A stretch of 64,000 bases of DNA from Trueperaceae bacterium (lineage in GTDB: Bacteria > Deinococcota > Deinococci > Deinococcales > Trueperaceae). The translations under genes were made by a program, and so were the position numbers. Numbering within the stretch: the first letter of the stretch is position 1; each line of letters begins with the position of its first letter. This document shows positions 9,821 to 19,519 of this stretch, in pieces. Under the pieces are notes generated by a model. The model did not search any database. It had not been told where the DNA came from and saw nothing but the letters and a program-made list of their open reading frames with translations. The DNA is taken from contig OZ243927.1 in NCBI GenBank assembly GCA_965213925.1, positions 96,001 through 160,000 on the forward strand, given 5' to 3'.

Positions 9821-10771
9821 GTGCTCGCCTTTTTAACCCGCCGCGTTTTACTCTCTCTACCTGCACTCTTCGGCGTCGCGCTGGTCGTCTTTTTGCTGAT
9901 GCGAGCCGTGCCGGGGGACGTGGTGACGAGCCTCGTGGGGCTAGAGGGCAACATCACCCCGGAGCGGCGCGCCGAGATAGAACGCATGTTCGGGCTGGAT
10001 TTGCCCGTTCATGTGCAGTTCGGACAGTGGCTCGCGGCGGCGGTGCAGGGCGACCTCGGCAGTTCGCTGCGGACGGGGCGACCTGTCGGGGTTGACTTAG
10101 CGTTGCGCTTTCCTGTGACCTTGCAACTCACCTTATTCAGCCTGCTCGTCGCGCTCCTCATCGCGGTGCCTGCGGGCATTGCCGCCGCGCTTAAACGCGG
10201 GCGCGTGCTGGACTATGCAGTCTCAGTCTTCGCGCTGCTCGGGCTGTCGCTGCCGAGCTTTTTTCTGGGTATTCTGCTCATCTTGCTCTTCTCGCTCCAG
10301 TTAGGCTGGCTGCCCCCTGCGGGCTACGTGCCTTTCACCGAAGCGCCTTTAGAGAATCTGCGGCACATGCTCCTCCCGTCCGTCTCGCTCGGGCTGGTGC
10401 TCGCCGCCGCGACCACGCGCATCGTTCGCTCCACCATGTTAGAGGTCTTAAACCGAGACTTTGTGCGCACAGCGCGGGCGAAAGGGTTGGGGGAGCCGCG
10501 CGTGGTCTACCGTCACGCGCTGCGCAACGCACTCATCCCGGTGGTGACGGTGGTGGGGCTTCAGTTCGGGACGCTCTTAGGCGGCGTGGTCATCATCGAG
10601 CAGGTTTTTAGCTTGCCAGGGGTAGGGCGCTTCGCTTTGGAAGGGATTAATCTCCGCGACTACCCGGTGGTACAAGGGGCGGTGCTCCTGATTGCGTCCG
10701 CGTTTATCGTCGTGAACCTCTTCGTGGATGTGCTCTATTCGCTCATCGACCCGCGTATTCGCTATGGTTAG
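9821..10771 (+). CDS. Peptide/nickel ABC transporter permease (DppB/OppB-like)
   Basis: PGD N-terminal motif, GDLGSS, EAA loop TARAKGL, DPRI C-terminus. Confidence 0.95.
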   Translation: MLAFLTRRVLLSLPALFGVALVVFLLMRAVPGDVVTSLVGLEGNITPERRAEIERMFGLDLPVHVQFGQWLAAAVQGDLGSSLRTGRPVGVDLALRFPVTLQLTLFSLLVALLIAVPAGIAAALKRGRVLDYAVSVFALLGLSLPSFFLGILLILLFSLQLGWLPPAGYVPFTEAPLENLRHMLLPSVSLGLVLAAATTRIVRSTMLEVLNRDFVRTARAKGLGEPRVVYRHALRNALIPVVTVVGLQFGTLLGGVVIIEQVFSLPGVGRFALEGINLRDYPVVQGAVLLIASAFIVVNLFVDVLYSLIDPRIRYG

Positions 10772-11639
10772 GGGAGGCTCGAGCACGACGAAATCCAGCC
10801 GATTAAACACTTTGGGAAACTCCCTGGGCAACAACCTCGCGGGCGTTACAGGTGGACTACTCGTCCTCACCGTAACCTTCGCAGCCCTCTTCGCGCCGCT
10901 CGTCGCGCCTTACGACCCCATCGCCCTAAACCCGTCGGCGCGGCTGCAAGGACCCACGGTAGAGCACTTCGTCGGCACCGACCAGTACGGACGCGACACC
11001 TTCTCGCGCATCCTCTACGGCGGGCGTGTGTCGCTCTTCGTGGCGTTCGCGTCGGTGGCGTTCGCTGCGGTTGTCGGCGGCTTACTGGGACTTCTGAGCG
11101 GCTTTTATAGGGGCTGGCTCGACGCGCTTTTGATGCGCGTGACCGACGTGCTCCTCTCCTTCCCTGCCATCCTCTTAGCGATTGCACTCCTAGCTTTCTT
11201 CGGCAGCGGCACGACCAACCTAGTTCTCGCCATCGGCATCATCTATACGGGACCCTTCGTGCGGGTGGCGCGGGCGGCGGTCTTCACCGTGCGCGAGGAG
11301 CTTTACGTCGAAGCGGGGCGAGCGTTAGGCGCAAACGACGGACGCATCCTCTTCGCCGCTGTGCTCCCCAACGCCGCCGGACCCCTCATCATCGAAGTGA
11401 CCCTGCGACTCGCCTACGCGATTCTCGCCGAAGCCTCGCTCTCCTTTTTAGGGCTCGGCGTGCAGCCGCCCGCGCCGAGTTGGGGGCAGATGATCGCGGA
11501 CGGGCGCTCCTTTTTAGCGCTGAGCCCTTGGGCAACCGTCGCGCCAGGGCTCGCCATCATGGTCACGGTACTCGGCTTCAACCTCTTGGGCGACGCGCTG
11601 AGAGACGCGCTCGACCCTAGATTGAACAAAAGCAGTTGA
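10764..11639 (+). CDS. Peptide/nickel ABC transporter permease (DppC/OppC-like)
   Basis: GTDQYGRD, EAGRALGA, SFLGLG, LRDALDP. Confidence 0.95.
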   Translation: MVRGGSSTTKSSRLNTLGNSLGNNLAGVTGGLLVLTVTFAALFAPLVAPYDPIALNPSARLQGPTVEHFVGTDQYGRDTFSRILYGGRVSLFVAFASVAFAAVVGGLLGLLSGFYRGWLDALLMRVTDVLLSFPAILLAIALLAFFGSGTTNLVLAIGIIYTGPFVRVARAAVFTVREELYVEAGRALGANDGRILFAAVLPNAAGPLIIEVTLRLAYAILAEASLSFLGLGVQPPAPSWGQMIADGRSFLALSPWATVAPGLAIMVTVLGFNLLGDALRDALDPRLNKSS

Positions 11640-11693
11640 AAGCAATGAGCAATGAGTCTAAAGCCTTTCACTCATTGCTCGGCACTCATTGCT
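11634..11693. repeat. GCAATGAG/CTCATTGC intergenic repeat, copy A
   Basis: About 60 bp, internally palindromic; near-perfect reverse complement of copy B. Confidence 0.85.
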
Positions 11694-11759
11694 GTCCTTC
11701 TCCATTAGAATTGCGTTAGAATCATCTTGAGGCTACGTTACAACTCACGGAGGTTTCGC

Positions 11760-13295
11760 ATGAAGAGGTTTTTCGTCGTCTTTCTCGCCCTTTTACCCTT
11801 TGCCTTAATGTCACTCGTTGGGGCGCAGCAGCCCGGCGGCACGCTCCGCGTAGGGATGCAGACCGACCCCGTCGGGCTCGACCCGCACACTACCAACGCC
11901 ACAGCGACGCGCAACATGCTCGAGAACGTCTACGACACCTTAGTCATGTTCGACAGCACCTTACAGATCGTCCCCGGCTTAGCCGAGTCGTGGGAAGCGT
12001 CCGAGGACGGGCTCACCTGGACCTTCACCCTACGCCCTGACGTGACCTTTCACAACGGCGACCCGCTCACCGCTCCCGACGTGGTCTTTTCGCTGAACCG
12101 CATCACCGACCCAAGCGTCGCCTCGCCCCGCTCGGGTGACTTTGCGGTGATCGAGTCGGTTGAAGCGCCGGACGACGCCACCGTCGTCATCAACCTCTCC
12201 GAGCCCTTCAGCCCGCTCTTGTCCAAGCTCGCGCAGAGCCTCAACGTTATTGTCTCAGAAGAGGTGGCGACGGAGAACGACAACGACCTAAATAGCGTCG
12301 TTATCGGTACAGGTCCATTCACGTTTGTGGAATACCTGCCGCAGACGCGGCTCGTCTTGGAAAAGTACGAGGACTTTTGGGGCACGGACGACGCGGGTAA
12401 CGCGCTGCCCTACTTGGACGGCATCACCTTTCAGTTCTACCCGGAGCCTGCCGCTCGCACCACCGCCGTGCAGACGGGCAACGTAGACTGGATCGAGTAC
12501 GTGCCAGCGGCGGACGTGGCGATCCTCGAGGCGGACCCCAACATCGAAGTCGTCGGCGGGCTCTCGGCGAACTTCAGGAGCATCTACCTCAACGTGACGC
12601 GCGAGCCTTTGGGCGACCCGCTCGTGCGCCGCGCCCTCGCTTATGCGATTGACGAACAAGCCGTGGTAGACATCGCGCTCTTCGGGGCGGGCGGCGTGGC
12701 GGCGGCAGGCACGACGATTCCGACGGGCAACTTTTACGCGGTGGAAGAGAGCCCCTATACCGGGCGAGACGCGGAGCGAGCCAGAGAACTCTTAGAGGAG
12801 GCGGGCTACGGCGACGGCTTCTCCTTCGACCTCTACGTGACGAGCACCTACGACTTTCTGCGCACGCCCGCCGAAATCATCCAAGCCAACCTCGCCGAAA
12901 TCGGCGTCACCGCCAACATCGTCGCAGAGGATTGGAGCATCTATTTGCCTACCGTGCAAGAATTCGACTTCGACGCGACCATCCTGGGCGAGTCCGGTCA
13001 GAGCGACCCCGACGACTTTTTGTACGATGTGTTTCATTCGGAGGGCGGCGGCAACTTCGGCGAGTACAGCAACCCGGAACTCGACGCACTTTTAGAGGAG
13101 GGACGCCGCGTGAGCGGTCAAGAGGAGCGTAAAGCAGTCTACGAAGAGGTGCAAGCGCTCATCTTAGAAGAGTCTCCGCATGTATTCCTCTTTCACTCCG
13201 CGCAGTATGAGGCGTTGCAGTCTTATGTGCAGGGGTTCGAACACTTTCCGAATACGAGTTATTTAGGATTGCGGACGACGTGGTTGGAGAGGTGA
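11760..13295 (+). CDS. ABC transporter substrate-binding protein, family 5 (DppA-like)
   Basis: Signal peptide, LAESW, FTLRPDVTFHNG, IGTGPF; GGAGG RBS. Confidence 0.95.
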   Translation: MKRFFVVFLALLPFALMSLVGAQQPGGTLRVGMQTDPVGLDPHTTNATATRNMLENVYDTLVMFDSTLQIVPGLAESWEASEDGLTWTFTLRPDVTFHNGDPLTAPDVVFSLNRITDPSVASPRSGDFAVIESVEAPDDATVVINLSEPFSPLLSKLAQSLNVIVSEEVATENDNDLNSVVIGTGPFTFVEYLPQTRLVLEKYEDFWGTDDAGNALPYLDGITFQFYPEPAARTTAVQTGNVDWIEYVPAADVAILEADPNIEVVGGLSANFRSIYLNVTREPLGDPLVRRALAYAIDEQAVVDIALFGAGGVAAAGTTIPTGNFYAVEESPYTGRDAERARELLEEAGYGDGFSFDLYVTSTYDFLRTPAEIIQANLAEIGVTANIVAEDWSIYLPTVQEFDFDATILGESGQSDPDDFLYDVFHSEGGGNFGEYSNPELDALLEEGRRVSGQEERKAVYEEVQALILEESPHVFLFHSAQYEALQSYVQGFEHFPNTSYLGLRTTWLER

Positions 13296-13301
13296 GGAAG
13301 G

Positions 13302-13368
13302 AGCAATGAGTTCCGAGCAATGAGTAAAAGTCTTTCAACTCATTGCTCATTGCTTTCAACTCATTGCT
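13302..13368. repeat. GCAATGAG/CTCATTGC intergenic repeat, copy B
   Basis: AGCAATGAGTTCCGAGCAATGAGT...ACTCATTGCTCATTGCTTTCAACT. Confidence 0.85.
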
Positions 13369-13393
13369 TCTTACCTTTTCGCTACACTGCGCT

Positions 13394-14505
13394 ATGCTTC
13401 TCACCCCTCGGCGCATCCTCCACATCGACGCGGACGCCTTTTACGCCAGCGTGGAGCAGCGCGATAAGCCCGAATTAAGAGGTCAACCTGTCGCGGTGGG
13501 GTGGTCCGAGCAGGGCGGGGTGGTCTTGACTGCGAGCTACGAGGCGCGGCGCTACGGCGTCCATAGTGCGATGCCGTCTATTCAAGCAAAACGTCTTTGT
13601 CCCGAACTCATCTTCGTGCCCGCTCGTATGGCGCTTTACAAAGAACTCAGCCTCGCCATCCGTGAGATTTTTGGACGCTATACCGATGTGCTCGAGCTTG
13701 TCTCCATCGACGAGGCGAGGCGTATTTGGACGTGACCCAACCTAAACAGGGTCCGGCGTCGGGCACGCTCGTTGGCAGAGCGATCAAGCAAGAGGTCAAA
13801 GAGGAGACGGGGCTCACCGTCTCGGTAGGCGTGGCGGCGGGCAAGTTCTTAGCGAAGCTCGCCAGCGGGATGAACAAGCCCGACGGTCTCACCGTGATTA
13901 CACCAGAGGACGCCGCCGCGATTTTGATCTCTTTGCCTGTTGCCAAGATTCACGGCGTCGGTCCGGTGACAGCCCAGAGACTGCATGAACGTCATATCTT
14001 TACAGGGGGTGACTTGCTGGAATGCTCGTTGGGAGAACTCGAGGCTCACTTCGGCAAGTTCGGCGGTTTTCTCTACCAGATTGTGAGAGGTCAAGACGAG
14101 CGTCCGGTTAAAGCGAGAGAGCGCAAGTCGTACGGGGCAGAACGCACCTTTGTAACGCCTTTGCAACGTGAGGAAGAGGTGCTGGGGGTGCTGGGGCCAC
14201 TTACTGAACACGTTGCGCTTTACCTCGAGAACGCCAACCTCTGCGCCCGCACGCTAACGCTTAAACTTAAAGACAAGCACTATCAGGGCGTCACCCGCTC
14301 CGTGACGCCTGCGCAGCCGCTCCAAAACGTCGAGACGATGACCTTGTTTGTTCGGCAACTCCTACGCGCCAACCTTGACCAGCTACCCGTTCGGCTCGCT
14401 GGGGTGAGCGTGAGCAATTTGCAAGGACCGAGTAAGGTGGTGCAGCCTGGGCTTTTTCCTGACTTAGATTCTAATTCAGCGTGCGCACAAGCTGAGCGTC
14501 AATAA
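13394..14505 (+). pseudogene. dinB: DNA polymerase IV (Y-family), frameshifted by a 5-bp duplication
   Basis: HIDADAFYASVE, SYEARRYGV, SIDEA|YLDV split by GAGGC duplication at 13712-13721, KFLAKLAS..KPDG. Confidence 0.9.
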
Positions 14506-14872
14506 TTTTCTGGTCTTGTGTGAGCAGAGTTGCGCCTAAAACCCGCGCTGTTGCAACGATGACGCGGTCCCCAGGATCACGGTGAAAACTGTCGGGGAGG
14601 GCAGCGACCTCAGCGGCGATGGCGGGCGTGATGTTGACCTGTCTTACATGCGGAGGCGTAACGGCTCGTTCCAAAAAATCTCTTAGGGGTATCTCGAGTT
14701 CGATGCGGTTCAAGCTGTAGAGCGTCGCGATTTCCCAAAGCGTCATATCAGACACGAGGAGAGGTATTCCTGTTTCAAAAGCCGTCTTTATAGCTTCTCG
14801 GTGACTCGGCGCGAGTCGAGGGTCTTTGAAAACCCAGTGCAAAAGCACATGAGTGTCGAGTAGCACATTCAA
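14471..14872 (-). CDS. vapC: PIN-domain toxin (VapC family)
   Basis: LLDTHVLLHW, WEIA, HRDPGDRVIVA, LLTQD. Confidence 0.92.
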   Translation of the reverse strand: MNVLLDTHVLLHWVFKDPRLAPSHREAIKTAFETGIPLLVSDMTLWEIATLYSLNRIELEIPLRDFLERAVTPPHVRQVNITPAIAAEVAALPDSFHRDPGDRVIVATARVLGATLLTQDQKIIDAQLVRTLN

Positions 14873-15111
14873 AACTCACCGCGCTCGGCGTCCCAGGCTT
14901 CGGGCGGCAGGGGCGGTTCGATAACATCGCCGATAATTCTCCCTGTTCCAGCGAGTGTATCTTGTGGATAGGTCTCTCTCGGTACAGGCGGCACGAGTTG
15001 AGCCACAGGTTTACCGCGTTTGAGAATCGTCACCGTCTCACCTGTTTGACCGACTTCATCTAAAATCGCTAGGCACTTCGCTTTGAATTCAGAAGCGTTG
15101 ATAGTTTTCAT
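14869..15111 (-). CDS. Phd/YefM family antitoxin
   Basis: ASEFKAKCLAILDEV, ILKRGKPVAQLVP; 4-bp overlap with toxin. Confidence 0.92.
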   Translation of the reverse strand: MKTINASEFKAKCLAILDEVGQTGETVTILKRGKPVAQLVPPVPRETYPQDTLAGTGRIIGDVIEPPLPPEAWDAERGEF

Positions 15112-15161
15112 ATGACCAGTTTAACTGACTAGATCAAAACTTACAACCAACTTGTCAACCT

Positions 15162-16085
15162 CTAGCGGTTGCCCCAGTAATACGTCTTCACATAATGCGC
15201 CCACAGCCCCTGATACCAGCCGTAGCGCTCGGCAAGTTCTCTGGCGCTGCCCTGGCTAATCTCGAGCCCGCTCGTATACACCCCAGAAATAGCAGGCAAC
15301 AACCCCGTATCCGTCCAGGGCGTCCGCTCATAGCGCCCCAACCCGCGCAGCATAATGAAGTCAATCGACCACGCGCCGATGCCTTTAATTCCCGTGAGCC
15401 ACTTCGATACCTCGGCGTAAGGTGCAGTGCGCAAGAAGTCTTCATCCGCAGTGGCAAAAACGCGGATGAGGTCTAAAAACCGCTCCGTCTTACGGGTGTT
15501 GTTCGTCGCCTCTAAAACTCTTTTTTCGGGATTGTCCAACATCTGCGAGGCTTCGGGAAAGGCGCGGAGCGTCACGCCATTAATTTCTAAACTTTTACCG
15601 AACAACTCGGTGAGCCGCTTCATTGTGAGGTGCGCGAAGGAGTTGGGCGTGCGCTGCTGAATGAGCGCCCAGCACGCCGCCTCAAAGGGTGTCAAGACCT
15701 TAAACGCATGGTAGCCGTAGAGGTTGCGCACAAGCTCTGAAAAGATGGGGTCACTCTGAGCAAGGGTGTGAAAGGGCGTGAGATCATCGTCCAATGAGAG
15801 GAAGAAGCGGATGCGGTCTTGGGTAGCGTTTACAAATTCATCCGATAAAGATTCGGCGTGGAGGGTGCACTCGAGCCCCGGCTCCTCCACCGTCCCCACA
15901 TCTTTAACGCGAAAAAACACGGGCTCACCACCCACACTCACGACTCTTCGCAGTACACTTCCCTCTATTTGCTCATGCGCGGGGTTGCGTTCGTAGTCTC
16001 GAGCGCGAAAGCGGCGCACGAAGTTCAAAGTCTGCTCGAAGTCGAAAGGTGGCGTCGGCGTCAGCGTGAGGGTATGGCACTCCAT
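15162..16085 (-). CDS. AlkA-like DNA-3-methyladenine glycosylase (HhH-GPD)
   Basis: HhH motif IKGIGAWS, downstream P..D, PFEAACWALIQQ. Confidence 0.85.
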   Translation of the reverse strand: MECHTLTLTPTPPFDFEQTLNFVRRFRARDYERNPAHEQIEGSVLRRVVSVGGEPVFFRVKDVGTVEEPGLECTLHAESLSDEFVNATQDRIRFFLSLDDDLTPFHTLAQSDPIFSELVRNLYGYHAFKVLTPFEAACWALIQQRTPNSFAHLTMKRLTELFGKSLEINGVTLRAFPEASQMLDNPEKRVLEATNNTRKTERFLDLIRVFATADEDFLRTAPYAEVSKWLTGIKGIGAWSIDFIMLRGLGRYERTPWTDTGLLPAISGVYTSGLEISQGSARELAERYGWYQGLWAHYVKTYYWGNR

Positions 16086-16143
16086 GCCTTATGAGACAGC
16101 GTTCGCGTGTAAAAGACAGGGCGCTGGCTTGCAGGATAAAAGC

Positions 16144-16268
16144 AGCAACGAGTTCCGAGCAATGCTCCGACCGCAGGGAGACCGCCCGCAATGAGTCAAA
16201 AGCAACGAGTCTAAAGCCTTTCACTCACCGTTCGTCCAGCTCGACTGGATTGCTCACCGCTTTTAACT
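16144..16268. repeat. GCAATGAG/CTCATTGC intergenic repeat, copy C (two internal insertions)
   Basis: Shares GAGTTCCGAGCAAT and GAGTCTAAAGCCTTTCACTCA with copies A/B. Confidence 0.8.
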
Positions 16269-18116
16269 TCTTCCTAACGACCTATCCAAATTATACGCCG
16301 CGCTAATCAGCGCCAAGTGCGTAAACGCCTGCGGAAAGTTCCCTAGCGCTTCGCCGTGATGCCCGGTCTCCTCGGCGTAGAGCCCTAAGTGGTTGGCGTA
16401 GCCAAGCATCTGTTCGAACATGAGCCTCGCGTCTTCTAGGCGGCTGGTCTCGAGCTGCCCCGCCCGAGTCAGCGCCTCGACGAGCCAAAAGGTGCAGATA
16501 TTGAAAGTTCCCTCTTCACCGGAAAGCCCGTCTTCACTCTCGCTGATGTTGTAACGGTACACCAAGCTGTTCGAGACGAGCCCGCCCTCTTCGGGCGTCT
16601 TGAGCGTCGCGTCTAAGGTGCTGAGCATACGCGGGTCTACGGGCGAGATGAAAAAGACTAAAGGCATGATGAGGTTGGCGGCGTCCAAAGCGGTGCTCTC
16701 GTAGTGTTGCACGAACACCTCGCGCTCTTCGCTCCAGCCCTTCGTCATGATCTCCTCGTAAATCTCGTCGCGCACGCTAAGCCAGCGGGCGCGGTCGGCG
16801 GGAAACGAGCGCTTGTCCGCTAGGCGCAACCCTCTATCCACCGCCACCCAGCACATCACGTTCGAGTAGACGAACTGCTGCTTGCCGCCGCGCATCTCCC
16901 AGACGCCCTCGTCTTTGAGACGCCAGTTGTCGCAGACCCAATTCACGAACTCGCGCACCGAGCACCAGAGGTCGTAGGAAATCGGCGCGCCGTACTTGTT
17001 GTATAGGTAGATCGCGTCCATGATTTCGCCGTAGATGTCGAGCTGAAGCTGGTCGTGCGCGGCGTTACCGATGCGCACGGGCTTGGAGTGGCAGTAGCCT
17101 TCTAAATGGTCTAAGGTCTCCTCGGTGAGCGTCTTTTCCCCGCCTATGCCGTACATGATCTGCAAGGGGTAGCCGTTGGGGTTGTCCTCTTCGCAGAGCT
17201 TTTCCAGATACTTCATGAACGCGCCCGCCTCCTCCGTAAAACCGATGCGCAAAAAGGCGTAGAGCGTAAAGGCGGCGTCGCGAATCCAGGTGTAGCGGTA
17301 GTCCCAGTTGCGCTCGCCGCCGATGCCTTCGGGCAGGCTCGTCGTGGGCGCGGCGACGATGGCTCCGGTGGGCTTATAGGTCAGGAGCTTGAGCGCCAGC
17401 GCCGAGCGGTGGACGTTCTCGCGCCAGCGTCCGGTGTAGGTGCATTGCGAGAGCCAGCGCCGCCAGTAGTTCACCGTTTCGCGGAAGACCTTGACCGCGC
17501 CCTGCTCAGAAAGGACGTCACCGCAGCCCCTAAACTCACCGATTTCGCGCAGCACGAAGGTGGTCGTGTGACCCTCAGAGAGCGCGAATTCGGCGGTGAC
17601 GGCGCTGCCGTCGTTCTCCAAGGGGACTTCGGCGGAGAGCCCTAAGCTGAGGTGTTCGCTCGAGAAGCAAACCCCGTCCTCGTACACTTCAACCTCATGT
17701 GTATCTCTCGCGTAATTAAAGGCGGGCGCACAGGTCATCTTGAAATGCACCGTGCCGCGCACCGCCTTGACGGTCCTGATAATCTGCCGTTTATCGAGGT
17801 CATAGGTTTCGTCGCTCACGGGCATGTAGTCCGTGACCTCGCCGACGCCCTCTTCGGACAAAAAGCGCGTGACCAAGATGTTCGTCTCAGGCCAGTAAAA
17901 CTGCTTGTGGGTGACGGTCTCGGCGACCATCTCGAGCTTAAACCTGCCCCCCTTCTCGTCGTCCAGAATCGCCCCAAAGACCGAAGGCGAGTCGAAGCGG
18001 GGCAAGCAGCACCAGTCGATGGAGCCGTCCTCTCCAACGAGCGCCACGGTATGCATGTCGCCGATGAGCCCGTAGTCTTCGATGGGTTGATAGCTAGACT
18101 GAGATACGTCGGACAT
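16263..18116 (-). CDS. Glycoside hydrolase family 15 (trehalase/glucoamylase-like)
   Basis: [42 protein letters not shown]. Confidence 0.95.
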   Translation of the reverse strand: MSDVSQSSYQPIEDYGLIGDMHTVALVGEDGSIDWCCLPRFDSPSVFGAILDDEKGGRFKLEMVAETVTHKQFYWPETNILVTRFLSEEGVGEVTDYMPVSDETYDLDKRQIIRTVKAVRGTVHFKMTCAPAFNYARDTHEVEVYEDGVCFSSEHLSLGLSAEVPLENDGSAVTAEFALSEGHTTTFVLREIGEFRGCGDVLSEQGAVKVFRETVNYWRRWLSQCTYTGRWRENVHRSALALKLLTYKPTGAIVAAPTTSLPEGIGGERNWDYRYTWIRDAAFTLYAFLRIGFTEEAGAFMKYLEKLCEEDNPNGYPLQIMYGIGGEKTLTEETLDHLEGYCHSKPVRIGNAAHDQLQLDIYGEIMDAIYLYNKYGAPISYDLWCSVREFVNWVCDNWRLKDEGVWEMRGGKQQFVYSNVMCWVAVDRGLRLADKRSFPADRARWLSVRDEIYEEIMTKGWSEEREVFVQHYESTALDAANLIMPLVFFISPVDPRMLSTLDATLKTPEEGGLVSNSLVYRYNISESEDGLSGEEGTFNICTFWLVEALTRAGQLETSRLEDARLMFEQMLGYANHLGLYAEETGHHGEALGNFPQAFTHLALISAAYNLDRSLGRS

Positions 18117-18257
18117 GGGGGTCTCCTTTTAGCTGTAGGTCGAAACGCTTTCGTCAGCCTAACATAGCCTCTTTGAGCGTCCGAGTCTTGAAAAGAGTTG
18201 CGCTCAGCGATCCGAGAACAACAGCGCTAGCGACGCTTAGCGGACATAGAATGACGT

Positions 18258-19091
18258 ATGAATCATCAACCCTCTCAAACAGATATAGCGCGCGTCTCCG
18301 TCGTCGGCGCGGGCACGATGGGCGGCGGCGTCGCCGCGCTCCTTCTGCTGAACGGGCTCAGCGTTCACCTCTTCGACCCCTCCGAAGGCGCTTTAGAAAG
18401 AGCACGGAAACGCATCGCCAAACGCAACGACGAGGCGGCGTTAGAACGTCTTTCCGTCACATCGAACTTAGAAGAGGTGGCGAGGGCGGACTATGTGATT
18501 GAAGCGGTGCCGGAGAAGTTGGACCTCAAACGCACCCTCTTCGCGCAGTTGGACGAGGCTGCGCCCGCACACACAATCTTAGCCACCAACACGAGCGAAC
18601 TCTCCGTTACCGCCATCGCCGCCGCGACGAAACGCCCCGACAAGGTCATCGGGATGCACTGGTTCAACCCGCCCGAGCGCATGAGCCTCATCGAAATTGT
18701 GCGGGCGGTGCAGACCTCAGACGAGACGCTAGAGGTGACGCAAGCTTTGTCGGAGAGGTGCGGTAAGACGACGGTTGTCGTACAAGATAGACAGGGATTC
18801 GTGACCACGCGGGCGCTAGCCGCCCTTTTAACCGAAGCCATGCGCATGTTAGAAGAGGGCGTGGCGTCGCCCGAGGATATCGACACCGCGATTAAGCTCG
18901 GGCTGAATCACCCGATGGGACCCTTGGAGCTTGCCGATTACGTCGGCTTAGACACCATGCTCTTCATCTCCGAGTCGATGACCGAAGGGGTGGGCGAGCG
19001 CTTTCGTCCGACGCAGGGGCTTAGAAAGTTGGTAGAGGCGGGACGGTTGGGGCGGAAGAGCGGACACGGATTCTATGAGTATGAAGACTGA
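18258..19091 (+). CDS. 3-hydroxyacyl/3-hydroxybutyryl-CoA dehydrogenase
   Basis: GAGTMG, IEAVPE, ATNTS, GMHWFNP, HPMGPL, LGRKSGHGFY. Confidence 0.93.
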   Translation: MNHQPSQTDIARVSVVGAGTMGGGVAALLLLNGLSVHLFDPSEGALERARKRIAKRNDEAALERLSVTSNLEEVARADYVIEAVPEKLDLKRTLFAQLDEAAPAHTILATNTSELSVTAIAAATKRPDKVIGMHWFNPPERMSLIEIVRAVQTSDETLEVTQALSERCGKTTVVVQDRQGFVTTRALAALLTEAMRMLEEGVASPEDIDTAIKLGLNHPMGPLELADYVGLDTMLFISESMTEGVGERFRPTQGLRKLVEAGRLGRKSGHGFYEYED

Positions 19092-19171
19092 ACGAAGAGG
19101 TTACCAACAGCAGTTCCAAAACATACTGAGACGGATGAGCACAGGTCTCAGTTCGAAGAACTAGCGGGATT

Positions 19172-19423
19172 TCATCCCTCAAAATGCGTGCTAGACATCG
19201 TTTTACAAGGTAAGAGTGTTGCTTCGCATCGCTTCGCGCACTCTGAGCGGATGATACCTGCTACAAGTATAGCGTTCGGTAAATAATAAAACATGTCATT
19301 CTGTTCACGAAGTCGGGCGGAGCCTTGCGTCAGCGGAGAGAAAGAATCTCGTTTTTCATTCTCAACTAATAGAGTTTGCAAGACGAGACCCCTCGACTAC
19401 GCAAAGCTACACTCGAGGTGACA
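19172..19423. repeat. Two adjacent degenerate inverted-repeat (REP-doublet-like) elements
   Basis: TCATCCCTCAAAATGCG ... CGCACTCTGAGCGGATGA (19172-19254); TGTCATTCTG..AGAATCTCG ... CGAGACCCCTCG..CTCGAGGTGACA (19294-19423). Confidence 0.5.
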
Positions 19424-19519
19424 TAGTAAGAGGTTGTGTTGCAAAACTCAACTAGCAGTTTGCTAAGAGGTTGAGAAGAGGTCAAAGGTGAAGAGGACAG
19501 AAATCAAAAGGTCAATGGT

